Source: an uncultured virus (IMG/VR IMGVR_UViG_3300029787_000026) (lineage: Duplodnaviria > Heunggongvirae > Uroviricota > Caudoviricetes > Crassvirales). Taken from it: DNA of 64,000 bases. The notes beneath the pieces are model-generated. The model was not told the origin of the DNA. It saw only the letters and a list, made by a program, of their open reading frames with translations, and did no database searches. Location of the stretch: IMG/VR virus record IMGVR_UViG_3300029787_000026. One strand, written 5' to 3'. A program made the position numbers and the translations under genes. Positions 15,981 to 25,972 of the stretch are shown piece by piece. The stretch's first letter is position 1. Each line of letters opens with the position of its first letter.

Positions 15981-16256
15981 ATGGGAAAAGGTTGTTGTGA
16001 CCATGAAAGAGGTCACTATGGAAAATACACGGGTAATCACCCGCACTACGCAAAATACGATCAACATGGACATACTCATGTGACTGATTGTAATGTTGCA
16101 GCCGCTGAAAGAGATGATGCTGCACATATGGACTATCTTAAAAGAGACGTGCTATATGATGATCATCATGGACATAGCGATGAAAAAATGACAGCTGATG
16201 AAAAACATATTTCAAAATTAGCTGGAGATTTAAAATACGATAAAGAACATCATTAA
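15981..16256 (+). CDS. His/Asp-rich protein with internal repeat, putative metal-binding
   Basis: 14 His in 91 aa; DxxH...L..D..YD..HH twice. Confidence 0.7.
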   Translation: MGKGCCDHERGHYGKYTGNHPHYAKYDQHGHTHVTDCNVAAAERDDAAHMDYLKRDVLYDDHHGHSDEKMTADEKHISKLAGDLKYDKEHH

Positions 16257-16267
16257 AAATTAAAATT

Positions 16268-16549
16268 ATGGGACACGATAAAAGTGGCAAAGGCCACATA
16301 CAACACTGCGGGCCAGCTCACCAAAAAAGTGAACCTGGAGCGCCAAAAATTTTAGGAGCTATCGCTGCTAAAGTAATACCTTCACTTATAGCTGGTGCTA
16401 TGAGTAAAAAAGCAGAAGCAGCTGGAATGTATAGCGATGGGGTTAAAATGATGGGTGGTTCACCTATATCTAAACACATGCAAGGCAGCGCTTATTTTGC
16501 TGACATGCCTATTATTTCAGATCAAAACCCTGATAAAAAAGGAGCGTAA
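16268..16549 (+). CDS. Small hypothetical protein
   Basis: 93 aa; GPAHQKSEP motif. Confidence 0.6.
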   Translation: MGHDKSGKGHIQHCGPAHQKSEPGAPKILGAIAAKVIPSLIAGAMSKKAEAAGMYSDGVKMMGGSPISKHMQGSAYFADMPIISDQNPDKKGA

Positions 16550-16707
16550 TGGACAAGGGTTTAGGAGATTTTATAGAAAATAAAATAACCAGACCAACAG
16601 GTATCAAGGCTGCTGTTAATATGTTATCAGAAGGACTTGGTATTCCTTGTGGTTGTGAAAGTAGAAAAGAAGCTTTAAATAGAATGATACCATTTAAAAG
16701 AAAATAG
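16549..16707 (+). CDS. 52-aa GLGD...CGC..RK..LN family protein
   Basis: Manual translation MDKGLGDFIENKITRPTGIK...PCGCESRKEALN; TAATG coupling. Confidence 0.7.
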   Translation: MDKGLGDFIENKITRPTGIKAAVNMLSEGLGIPCGCESRKEALNRMIPFKRK

Positions 16708-16708
16708 T

Positions 16709-17059
16709 ATGGCATTTAAACTAACTAACCCACCATACAAATCGGATATAACTCCCGTTTACCAACGTGATTTAGGTCCAGGGGTTTTAGGTGAATCACT
16801 TAAAAATCAAGTGATTATACTTAATGATAAGTTAGATCCAAAGTTTCATGAGGAAGTTGAGGGACACGAGAGTGTTCACGTCGCTCAAATGAAATCCGGT
16901 GAATTAGATTATGACGATCAAAATATTTATTGGAAAGGTGAGACAATACCAAAACACAGCGCCAGAGCTTTGTCAGGTGATCCAAAAAAACTAGGCTACG
17001 AAGCACAAGCTTATCAGCTGTCTGGCACAAAATTCAAAGACAATAAATATAACGTATAA
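16709..17059 (+). CDS. Small zincin-like metallopeptidase with MAFK leader
   Basis: HESVH (HExxH) followed by QM and downstream YEAQAY. Confidence 0.7.
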   Translation: MAFKLTNPPYKSDITPVYQRDLGPGVLGESLKNQVIILNDKLDPKFHEEVEGHESVHVAQMKSGELDYDDQNIYWKGETIPKHSARALSGDPKKLGYEAQAYQLSGTKFKDNKYNV

Positions 17060-17069
17060 AATTAAAACT

Positions 17070-18140
17070 ATGGCATTTAAAATGAAAGGTCTTGAACCTA
17101 TAAACCAAAGATCTTCTGCGGGAAAGGTAAAAAGACAAGTAAGAAGAGCAATGCGTAAAGGCTACGATTACACTGTTGATCAAAGTACTGGAGAAGTAAC
17201 ACGCGGAGCTAGAGTTAATCCAAAAGATGTTAAGCTAGATCCACTTGGACTAGGCTCAACTGGTAAAGCTCGTAGAGAAAGAGCTAAAAATGTAGCTGCT
17301 GCATACGAATCTAAGCAACCTATTTTTAGAGATGAAGACGCAAGTCATTCTGTAAGAAGAAAGAAAACAGAAGGTTTGTTTAACACTGTAGATAAGAAAA
17401 TTGTAAAAGGATCTTATGATGAAGGTGTAGAAACAATAATTAAAATGTATGGTGATGGACCTAAGATGAGAAATTCATCTTACATAAATCAAAGCTCTAA
17501 AGATCCCTTAGCGGCTGAAAGAAAAAGATTACAAGCTCAAGCAACAGCTAAAGCAGAAGCAAAGGCTGATGCTGATGTTAAAGCTAATCCATTGAAAAAT
17601 AAAGAAAAAAGAGATTATGAAGCTAGCGCTACTAACATTATACCAGCTAAAACTCCAGAAGAAGACGCGGCTTGGGCAAAAGCTAAAGCAGCTCATGAGA
17701 GAGGTGAAATGCCAAACTTTGGTAAAGACAATATAACCGAAAAAGGTACAGCTACTCGTAGTAGAAATGAATCTTTAAAACCTTTAAGTATTGATCCAGT
17801 AGGTCTTGCTGAAATTAAAACACCAGGCCCATCAGCGGATATTAAAATACCAAAGCCAACAACACCTGATAAAAAACCAGACATGAGTATTTCTGGTGGA
17901 GCTATTTATAAGACTAAAGATAAGTCAAAAACAAAAACTCCTAAAGACACTATGTTTAGAGATGTTGATGGTGATGGTAATGTTGTTACTAGAACTGTTG
18001 ATAAGATAGGTCAAGGTGTTTCTAATTTAGTAGACAACATAGGTGATTCTATGGACAGAAGTAAAAGAAAAAGAAAGAAAAAGAAACAAACAAGAAATCA
18101 GTCTAGAGGTAATTGTCCTCCATGTCCTCCATGCGCTTAA
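17070..18140 (+). CDS. MAFK-leader basic low-complexity protein
   Basis: Starts MAFKMKG; K/R-rich; ends CPPCPPCA. Confidence 0.7.
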   Translation: MAFKMKGLEPINQRSSAGKVKRQVRRAMRKGYDYTVDQSTGEVTRGARVNPKDVKLDPLGLGSTGKARRERAKNVAAAYESKQPIFRDEDASHSVRRKKTEGLFNTVDKKIVKGSYDEGVETIIKMYGDGPKMRNSSYINQSSKDPLAAERKRLQAQATAKAEAKADADVKANPLKNKEKRDYEASATNIIPAKTPEEDAAWAKAKAAHERGEMPNFGKDNITEKGTATRSRNESLKPLSIDPVGLAEIKTPGPSADIKIPKPTTPDKKPDMSISGGAIYKTKDKSKTKTPKDTMFRDVDGDGNVVTRTVDKIGQGVSNLVDNIGDSMDRSKRKRKKKKQTRNQSRGNCPPCPPCA

Positions 18141-18141
18141 T

Positions 18142-18339
18142 ATGAGTATCAAGGGTTATAAAAAAGATAGTCCCGACGTTAACAAACCATACAACGTTAT
18201 TCCCGGAGGTAATATTACTATGAAAGGTGTTGAGTTTAAAGTACTTGGCACTGATGATAGAGGGTATACTAAAGTTATGTATCCTGGTTATGATTATACA
18301 TTTCCAGGTGCAAAGTATGTTGTTGAAAAGAAAATGTAA
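18142..18339 (+). CDS. Small conserved protein (IP..NITMKGV...MYPG..Y.FPG)
   Basis: ATG 18142 follows the upstream stop; 65 aa. Confidence 0.7.
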   Translation: MSIKGYKKDSPDVNKPYNVIPGGNITMKGVEFKVLGTDDRGYTKVMYPGYDYTFPGAKYVVEKKM

Positions 18340-18797
18340 TGAGTGATAAAAGAAAAAAGTTTAAAGACACTAAAGTCGGACAATTTTTATTAGGTAAATC
18401 AGGTCTTGTACAAGCCATAGGAGATGTGATGCCGGATAAAGGCTTGTTAGGCATAGTTAAAAACTTAATAAATAACGATCCAGAATTACCACCAGAAGAT
18501 AAAGAAAAAGCCATGAAGCTATTAGAGCTTGACATGGTTGAAATGGAAGAGGTTTCAAAACGCTGGGTTAGCGATATGAAATCAGATTCATGGTTAAGTA
18601 AAAACACTAGACCTATGTCACTTATATTTTTAACAGTATCTATGGTATTGTTTATAATATTAGATAGTTTTGAATGGGGTTTTAGTGTAGAAAAAAGTTG
18701 GGTAGATTTACTCAAAACACTTTTAGTTACTGTTTATGTAGCCTATTTTGGTTCACGTGGAGCGGAAAAATTTAAAAGTATAAGTAATAATAAATAG
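18339..18797 (+). CDS. Holin of the 3TM (GTA-type) family
   Basis: RWxxDMxSDSWLSKNTRP plus hydrophobic segments ending YFGSR. Confidence 0.75.
   Translation: MSDKRKKFKDTKVGQFLLGKSGLVQAIGDVMPDKGLLGIVKNLINNDPELPPEDKEKAMKLLELDMVEMEEVSKRWVSDMKSDSWLSKNTRPMSLIFLTVSMVLFIILDSFEWGFSVEKSWVDLLKTLLVTVYVAYFGSRGAEKFKSISNNK
18764..18792 (+). promoter_or_regulatory. Class II promoter GGAAA-N15-GTAATAATA
   Basis: At the holin 3' end, upstream of the packaging operon. Confidence 0.5.
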
Positions 18798-18823
18798 TAG
18801 ATAATCAATTAAAATTTAATATA

Positions 18824-19063
18824 ATGGCAAAAATTAAAAAAGAACAATTAGAAAAAATTGTAAAACAACAAGAAGATATAAAAGAACTACTTATTCAAAT
18901 AGGTGGTACTGAATCTCAAAAGCATGCTATGCTTCATAAGCTTGGTAATTTAAATGAGGCTATAGAAGATACTAAAAAAGACCTCGAAGCAGAGTATGGA
19001 TCAGTAAATATTGATTTAACAGACGGTACTTACACTCCAATTGAAAAAGAAAGTGGAGTCTAA
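18824..19063 (+). CDS. Small coiled-coil hypothetical protein
   Basis: 79-aa ORF with A-rich leader. Confidence 0.7.
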   Translation: MAKIKKEQLEKIVKQQEDIKELLIQIGGTESQKHAMLHKLGNLNEAIEDTKKDLEAEYGSVNIDLTDGTYTPIEKESGV

Positions 19064-19277
19064 AATAAGAAAAATTAGCATAGGTTCTGAATACAAGGAT
19101 AATGCGATGCACTATTCAGTCGGTCAAGAGGTTTATGGAAACCATATCATAAGTGATATAATTAAAGACGAAGAAAACGCTTACAACATTTTTATAAAAA
19201 AGAACAACGAAGTATTACCGTGGAAAAAATTTAATTCTAACATGGCTATATCTGTTGAGTATGATTTACAATATTAA
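19041..19277 (+). CDS. Small hypothetical protein
   Basis: 78-aa ORF coupled to the next gene; start uncertain. Confidence 0.65.
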   Translation: MKKKVESKIRKISIGSEYKDNAMHYSVGQEVYGNHIISDIIKDEENAYNIFIKKNNEVLPWKKFNSNMAISVEYDLQY

Positions 19278-19882
19278 TGAAAAGTATTTGGAATTTTATC
19301 GTTAAACCGATAGGTGATCGATATGATAATTCTATAAAAGTAGAAGACAAAGACTTAATACTAAATAGTAGTATAGAAAAGTTTAAGTTTATAAATAGAA
19401 AAGCAGTTGTTATGAATGTACCAACAGCTTACAATACTGTTATAGAAGAGGGAGATGAGGTTATTATACATCACAATGTTTTTAGAAGATACTATAATGT
19501 TAAAGGTGAAGCTGTAGACAGTAGCAAGAAATTCAAAGAGGATATGTTTTTTTGTCAACCCGATCAAATATATCTTTATAAACGTGTTGTTAAATGGCAC
19601 TCGTTTGGTACTAGATGTTTTGTTATGCCTATTAAAAATAATAACAATCTAACGCTTGAAAAAGAGCAAAAGAATGTTGGTATACTTAAACACGGTAATA
19701 AGCTCTTAGAAGTGCAGGGAATAAACGAGGGAGATCTTGTTGGCTTTCCTAACAATCGTGAATTTGAGTTTATAATAAATAATCAACGATTATATTGTTT
19801 AGACGTTGATGACATTTTAATTAAATATGAATATAAAGGAAACGAAGAAGAGTATAATCCAAGCTGGGCAAAAAGCAGTTGA
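19277..19882 (+). CDS. Tandem GroES-like domain protein
   Basis: Two similar halves: FIVKPI...AVV..VP...IEEGDEVII and FVMPI...GIL..G...INEGDLVGF. Confidence 0.6.
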   Translation: MKSIWNFIVKPIGDRYDNSIKVEDKDLILNSSIEKFKFINRKAVVMNVPTAYNTVIEEGDEVIIHHNVFRRYYNVKGEAVDSSKKFKEDMFFCQPDQIYLYKRVVKWHSFGTRCFVMPIKNNNNLTLEKEQKNVGILKHGNKLLEVQGINEGDLVGFPNNREFEFIINNQRLYCLDVDDILIKYEYKGNEEEYNPSWAKSS

Positions 19883-20099
19883 TGAGTTAATTAAGGTCGC
19901 TAAAGAACCTATTGTAGATTCAGACGATGACATATCAGCTGATCGTTTAAAAAACGCAGCAGCTACAAAAAAGTTAGCAATATTCGATGCGTTTGAAATA
20001 CTCCAACGCATACAAGAAGAAGAAAATTTATTAAATGAAAAACCTAAAAAAACTAAAGAAAGAAGTTTTAAAGGGTTTGCAGAAGGAAGATCTACGTAA
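19827..20099 (+). CDS. Putative terminase small subunit
   Basis: Helical 90-aa protein coupled (TAATG) to the large subunit. Confidence 0.55.
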   Translation: MNIKETKKSIIQAGQKAVDELIKVAKEPIVDSDDDISADRLKNAAATKKLAIFDAFEILQRIQEEENLLNEKPKKTKERSFKGFAEGRST

Positions 20100-22303
20100 T
20101 GTATAAGCAAGATTTATATAAAGTACTAGAAGATCACATTAAACCTCATGTTTTAAAAAAACTAAATAGAGGTAAAAAATGGAAATATGGTTATAACGAA
20201 GAACACGATGTTGTAGTTATAAGTAAAAGTGGTGAGATTGGTGATGTGTATGAAATACAAAATTTAAAAATTGCGTTACCAAAACAAAGTGATGTAGTTA
20301 AATTTGATAACAATACGTGGAATAGGTCAATCATACCTGAAGAGTTAAAAAAAATAAAAACAAGATTTGACTGGGAAAATTATCCTATAGAATTTAAAGA
20401 AGACTGGTATGATTACATTGATAAAGAATTTATTAGAAGAGAACAGGGCTTTTGGTTCTATAATAAAGGTGTGGCTACTTACCTTACTGGTACTCACTAT
20501 ATGTACCTGCAGTGGTCCAAGATTGATGTTGGGAAACCAGATTTTAGGGAAGCAAATAGATTATTCTACATTTTCTGGGAAGCTTGTAAAGCAGACGCCA
20601 GAAGTTATGGAATGTGCTATCTTAAAAATCGTAGATCAGGATTTTCGTTTATGGCCTCAGGAGAAGTGGTTAATCTTGCAACTATTAATTCCGACTCACG
20701 GTACGGAATATTGTCCAAATCTGGGCCCGATGCAAAAACAATGTTCACTGATAAAGTCGTCCCAATATCGGTCAATTACCCGTTCTTTTTCAAACCAATA
20801 CAGGACGGTATGGACCGTCCCAAGACCGAGCTTGCCTACAGGGTACCAGCATCCAAGTTCACAAGAAGGAAACTCGACACCAACGAGACCAAGACCGATC
20901 TTGCAGGACTCGATACCACTATCGATTGGAAAAATACCGGCGACAACTCCTATGATGGAGAGAAGCTTAAACTCCTCGTTCACGACGAATCCGGTAAGTG
21001 GGAAAGGCCAAACAACATCCTCAACAACTGGCGTGTTACGAAAACAACATTACGATTAGGTAGTAGAGTAGTAGGTAAATGCATGATGGGATCAACTAGC
21101 AATGCGCTAGACAAAGGTGGAGAAAACTTTAAAAAACTTTACTATGACTCAGATGTTACAAAAAGAAACGCCAATGGACAGACTCGCTCAGGACTATATA
21201 GTTTGTTCATACCTATGGAATGGAACTACGAAGGATACATTGATTCTTATGGCGTACCTGTATTCGAGGACCCAAAAGAAAAAACTATTGGACCGCATGG
21301 GAATAAAATAAATTTAGGTGTAATAAATTATTGGCAAAATGAAGTTGATGGTTTAAAAGGAGATCAAGAAGCTTTAAATGAATTTTATAGACAATTTCCA
21401 AGAACCGAGCAACACGCTTTTAGAGATGAAGCAAAATCATCTTTATTTAATCTAACTAAAATATATCAACAGGTTGATTACAATGAAGATATTAGAAACA
21501 CCAACGTAATAACAAAAGGTTCTTTTCGTTGGGAAAATGGAACTCAAGACACAAAAGTTATTTTTTACCCAAACAATGACGGTAGGTTTTTAATTAGTTG
21601 GGTTCCACCGTTGCATCTACAAAATAATGTAGTATTAAAAAAAGGATTAAAATATCCTGGAAACGAACACATAGGCGCTTTTGGCTGTGATAGTTATGAC
21701 ATATCAGGAACCGTGGATAGAAGAGGATCTAACGGTGCTTTACATGGTTTAACCAAGTTTAGCATGGAAGACGCACCTCCAAATCAATTTTTTTTAGAGT
21801 ATATAGCTAGACCTCAAACAGCTGAAATATTTTTTGAAGACGTATTAATGGCTTGTATTTTTTATGGCATGCCAATATTAGCAGAAAACAATAAACCTAG
21901 ATTATTATATCATTTTAAAAGAAGAGGTTATAGAGGTTTTAGTATGAATAGACCTGATAAATTAAAGTTATCAGTTACTGAAAGAGAAATAGGTGGTATA
22001 CCTAACTCTAGTGAAGACATGAAGCAGGCTCACGCGGCAGCTATAGAAACATATATAGAACAACACGTGGGTTTATTAAGTCAAGGTTACGGTAATATGT
22101 ATTTTCAAAGAACATTAAATGACTGGGCTAGATTTAATATAAACAATAGAACAAAACATGATGCATCAATTAGCTCTGGTTTAGCGTTAATGGCGTGTAA
22201 CAAACATAGATATAGACCAATATCAGAACGTGTTGTACAATCAAGTCCTTTAGGATTTAAAAAATATAATAATAAAGGACATATGTCAAAAATAATTAAG
22301 TAA
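20099..22303 (+). CDS. Terminase large subunit
   Basis: KNRRSGFS Walker A-like, LLVHDESGK Walker B, GSTS coupling motif, FGCDSYD and LAENN nuclease motifs. Confidence 0.9.
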   Translation: MYKQDLYKVLEDHIKPHVLKKLNRGKKWKYGYNEEHDVVVISKSGEIGDVYEIQNLKIALPKQSDVVKFDNNTWNRSIIPEELKKIKTRFDWENYPIEFKEDWYDYIDKEFIRREQGFWFYNKGVATYLTGTHYMYLQWSKIDVGKPDFREANRLFYIFWEACKADARSYGMCYLKNRRSGFSFMASGEVVNLATINSDSRYGILSKSGPDAKTMFTDKVVPISVNYPFFFKPIQDGMDRPKTELAYRVPASKFTRRKLDTNETKTDLAGLDTTIDWKNTGDNSYDGEKLKLLVHDESGKWERPNNILNNWRVTKTTLRLGSRVVGKCMMGSTSNALDKGGENFKKLYYDSDVTKRNANGQTRSGLYSLFIPMEWNYEGYIDSYGVPVFEDPKEKTIGPHGNKINLGVINYWQNEVDGLKGDQEALNEFYRQFPRTEQHAFRDEAKSSLFNLTKIYQQVDYNEDIRNTNVITKGSFRWENGTQDTKVIFYPNNDGRFLISWVPPLHLQNNVVLKKGLKYPGNEHIGAFGCDSYDISGTVDRRGSNGALHGLTKFSMEDAPPNQFFLEYIARPQTAEIFFEDVLMACIFYGMPILAENNKPRLLYHFKRRGYRGFSMNRPDKLKLSVTEREIGGIPNSSEDMKQAHAAAIETYIEQHVGLLSQGYGNMYFQRTLNDWARFNINNRTKHDASISSGLALMACNKHRYRPISERVVQSSPLGFKKYNNKGHMSKIIK
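20409..21059 (+). CDS. Putative overlapping (+1 frame) lipoprotein-like gene inside the terminase gene
   Basis: 216 stop-free codons; terminase Leu/Ile/Val codons avoid NTA before purines here; KVWLLTLLVLTICTC signal-like segment. Confidence 0.5.
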   Translation: MITLIKNLLEENRAFGSIIKVWLLTLLVLTICTCSGPRLMLGNQILGKQIDYSTFSGKLVKQTPEVMECAILKIVDQDFRLWPQEKWLILQLLIPTHGTEYCPNLGPMQKQCSLIKSSQYRSITRSFSNQYRTVWTVPRPSLPTGYQHPSSQEGNSTPTRPRPILQDSIPLSIGKIPATTPMMERSLNSSFTTNPVSGKGQTTSSTTGVLRKQHYD

Positions 22304-24740
22304 ATGAATATATATACAAATCCAAATAGTTCTTTCCCTAGTCAGGTGGTACCAGACGAAGAGAAAAGCACAATGGAATATGGATTAGCAGTTGCTAGAG
22401 CTATAGAAGGTGAATGGTGGGCTGGTGATAGAGGTCTTGGAGCAGCCGGTAGGTTTGGAAACAACTGGCAGTATTTTAATTCTTTAAGATTATATGCTAG
22501 AGGAGAACAGTCAGTACAAAAATATAAAGATGAGTTATCAATAAATGGTGACTTAAGCTATTTAAATCTTGATTGGAAACCAGTACCTATTATACCAAAA
22601 TTTGTAGACATATTAGTAAACGGTATGTCATCAAAAGTTTACGATATAAAAGCTTTTGCTCAAGATCCTGAATCTGTAAAACAAAGAACAAATTACGCGG
22701 CTGGTTTAATGCGTGATATGTACGGTAAAGATTTATTAAACGAAACAAAAGAAAAAACAGGTTTAGATTTTTACACAGTAACAGATCCTGATTCTTTACC
22801 TGAATCTCAAGAAGAAATTGATTTACATATGCAATTAACTTATAAGCAATCTGTAGAGATAGCTGAAGAAGAGTTAATAGAAAATGTGTTACAAAGAAAT
22901 AGATACCAGTTAACTAAAAGAAGATTACTTCAAGATTTAGTTGTATTAGGTATAGGTTGTAGTAAGACTAGTTTTAACTTAGCTAACGGTATTAATGTTG
23001 AATATGTTGATCCTGCTAACTTAGTTTATTCTTACACTGAAGATCCTAATTTTGAAGATATATACTATGTAGGTGAAGTTAAACAAATAAGTTTAGAGGA
23101 ACTAAAAAAACAATATTCTTATTTAACACCTGAAGACCTAAAAGAAATAGAAAAATTCCCTGGTAATTCTAATTTTAGAAATAATTACTATGGTCAGTAT
23201 GATAATAACAATACTGTAAACATTTTATATTTTGAATATAAAACATATCAAGATCAAGTTTTTAAAATTAAAAGATCTGAAAATGGTTTAGAAAAAGCAT
23301 TAGAAAAACCAGATACTTTTAATCCTCCTAAAAATGACAACTTTGAAAGAGCGTCTAGATCAATAGAAGTTTTATACTCAGGAGCAAAAATACTAGGCAT
23401 GGATAAAATGCTTAGATGGGAGTTGGCAAAGAATATGACTCGACCAATGAGTAATATAGCTAAAGTAAACATGAACTACAACATATGTGCTCCTCGTATG
23501 TATAAAGGTAGAATAGAATCAACCGTTAGTCGTATTACAGCTTTTGCTGATATGATACAAATAACACATTTAAAATTACAGCAAGTATTATCTCGTATGG
23601 TACCAGATGGTGTTTTTGTAGATGTTGATGGTTTAGCAGAAGTTGATTTAGGTAATGGAACAAACTATAACCCACAAGAAGCTTTAAACATGTACTTCCA
23701 AACTGGTAGTATTGTTGGTAGAAGTTTAACACAAGAGGGTGATCCTAATAGAGGTAAAGTACCTATTCAAGAACTACAAACAAGTAGTGGTAACGCTAAG
23801 ATAGCTAGTTTAATACAAACTTATCAGTATTATTTACAAATGATTAGAGACGTGACCGGATTAAATGAGGCTAGAGATGCTAGTACTCCTGAAATAGGTT
23901 CGTTAGTTGGTTTACAAAAATTAGCAGCTGCTAATAGTAATACAGCTACAAGACACATTTTACAGTCTTGTTTNNNNNNNNNNTTGTTTGTATTTAACTT
24001 TACGTAATTGTGAAAATATAGCATTACGAGCGGCAGATGCTTTAGCATTTCCTTTAACAAGACAAGCTTTAGTTGATTCAATATCTATGTTTAATACAGC
24101 TACTCTTGGTGAGTTAATGGAAAAACAATTAATGGAGTTTGGTATATACTTAGAACTAGAACCAGATGAAGAAGAAAAAGCCATGCTAGAGCAAAATATT
24201 CAAATGGCTTTACAGCAACAAAGTATAGATTTATCTGATGCTATAGATTTAAGAGCAATAAAAAACCTTAAATTAGCTAATGCTAAATTAAAAATAGCTC
24301 AGAAAAAGAAAAGAGAAAGAGATCAACAAGCTCAAATGATGAATATACAAGCACAAGCTAAAGCCAATGCCGAAACATCAGAAGCAGCTTCTTTAGCTGA
24401 AATGCAAAAACAACAAGCTTTAACAGAATCTAAAGTTCAAATAGAGCAGGCTAAGTCTCAGTTTGAAATACAACGTATGCAAACAGAAGCTGAAATTAAA
24501 AAGCTTTTAATGGCTGAAGAGTTTAATTATAATATACAACTAGCTCAAGCTCAAATGCAGGCTGCTAAAACTAAAGAAAAAGAAATAGAAGATCGTAAAG
24601 ATAAAAGAGTAAAAATAGTGGGTACACAACAGTCACAAATGATTGATCAAAGAAAGAATGATACATTACCTACAAACTTTGAGTCAGCTGGGTTTGATAA
24701 TCTAGATGGCTTTGGCTTAGAGCAATTTGAGCCGCAATAA
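22304..24740 (+). CDS. Portal protein (one gene split by an assembly gap at 23974-23983)
   Basis: Follows the terminase; PIIPKFVDILV, TGLNEARD and Q-rich coiled-coil tail; TTGTTT flanks both sides of the N run and merging gives QSCLYLTLR in frame. Confidence 0.85.
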
Positions 24741-24767
24741 ATTATTTATTAACTATTATATTATATT

Positions 24768-25967
24768 ATGTCAGAACAAGTAAAACAAGAAGGTGAATTT
24801 AAAATTAAAACACCTAAAAAACCTAAAAACTTAGGTAAAATTGATAACGTAACTAAAGTAGATATACCTAACACAGCTCCAGAAGCTCAAGGTGAAGTTG
24901 TTCCTGAGGTTACAAAAGTTGAAATTAAAAAAGAAGACAATGCCGTTTCAGAGCCTAAAACAGATGAACTGGTTGAAAATAAACAAACCGGAGATATACC
25001 TGAAGTGGAAGAACAAGTACAAGAGCCCAGCGCGAATGTTGAGCTTCCGATCCAAGAAATAACAGAGGAACAGGTACAAGAAGAAACAAAAAAAGTAGAG
25101 CAAGAAGTAAAAGAAGCTATAAGAGATAATCAAGTAGCAGGAAAAGCTTTACCAGAAAATATTGAAAAGCTAGTTTCCTTTATGGAGGATACTGGTGGTA
25201 ATATAGAGGATTATGTTAGATTAAATGCTGACTACTCTAGTGTTGATAATACAACTTTAATTAGAGAGTATTATAAACAAACTAAACCTCATTTAGATCA
25301 TGAAGATGTAAGTCTTTTATTAGAAGACTTTGATTATGACGAAGAGGTTGACGAACCAAAAGAAATACGCAAGAAAAAAATTGCGTTTAAAGAAGAAGTT
25401 GCAAAAGCACAAGGCTTTTTAGAAAATGCAAAGAGTAAATATTACGACGAGATCAAGTTGAGACCGGGCGTTACTCAAGAGCAACAAAAAGCAATGGACT
25501 TTTTCAACCGCTATAATGAAGAAAAAGATATAGCAAACCGACAACATGAAGATTTTAAACATAATACTAAAAATCTATTTGGCGCAGAATTCAAAGGTTT
25601 TGATTTCAAACTAGGCCAAAAAATATTTAGATATAATGTTAAAAACCCTAATGCTGTTGCGGATAGACAGTCTAATGTTGCTAACACTATTGAGAAGTTT
25701 CTCGATAAAGAAGGCAACGTGGTAGATGTGACTGGTTATCACAAAGCTATATATGCTGCGGAAAATGCTGATACTATAGCAAGTCATTTCTATGAGCAAG
25801 GTAAAGCCGATGCTGTAAGGGATATGATGGCTAAATCCAAAAACATAGACCAAGAGCCTCGTAAAACTGCGAGTGGAGAGGTTTTTGTTAATGGAATAAA
25901 AGTAAAAGCACTAAGCGGTGTTGATTCTTCAAAATTAAAAATCAAAAAAGTAACAATTAAAAATTAA
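24768..25967 (+). CDS. Putative capsid scaffolding protein
   Basis: Acidic N-half, helical C-half; between portal and capsid genes. Confidence 0.65.
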   Translation: MSEQVKQEGEFKIKTPKKPKNLGKIDNVTKVDIPNTAPEAQGEVVPEVTKVEIKKEDNAVSEPKTDELVENKQTGDIPEVEEQVQEPSANVELPIQEITEEQVQEETKKVEQEVKEAIRDNQVAGKALPENIEKLVSFMEDTGGNIEDYVRLNADYSSVDNTTLIREYYKQTKPHLDHEDVSLLLEDFDYDEEVDEPKEIRKKKIAFKEEVAKAQGFLENAKSKYYDEIKLRPGVTQEQQKAMDFFNRYNEEKDIANRQHEDFKHNTKNLFGAEFKGFDFKLGQKIFRYNVKNPNAVADRQSNVANTIEKFLDKEGNVVDVTGYHKAIYAAENADTIASHFYEQGKADAVRDMMAKSKNIDQEPRKTASGEVFVNGIKVKALSGVDSSKLKIKKVTIKN

Positions 25968-25972
25968 CAATT

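Noticed and set aside
23974..23983. Apparent frameshift or pseudogene in the portal gene
   Set aside because: 10-N scaffold gap with TTGTTT duplicated on both sides; merging restores one frame
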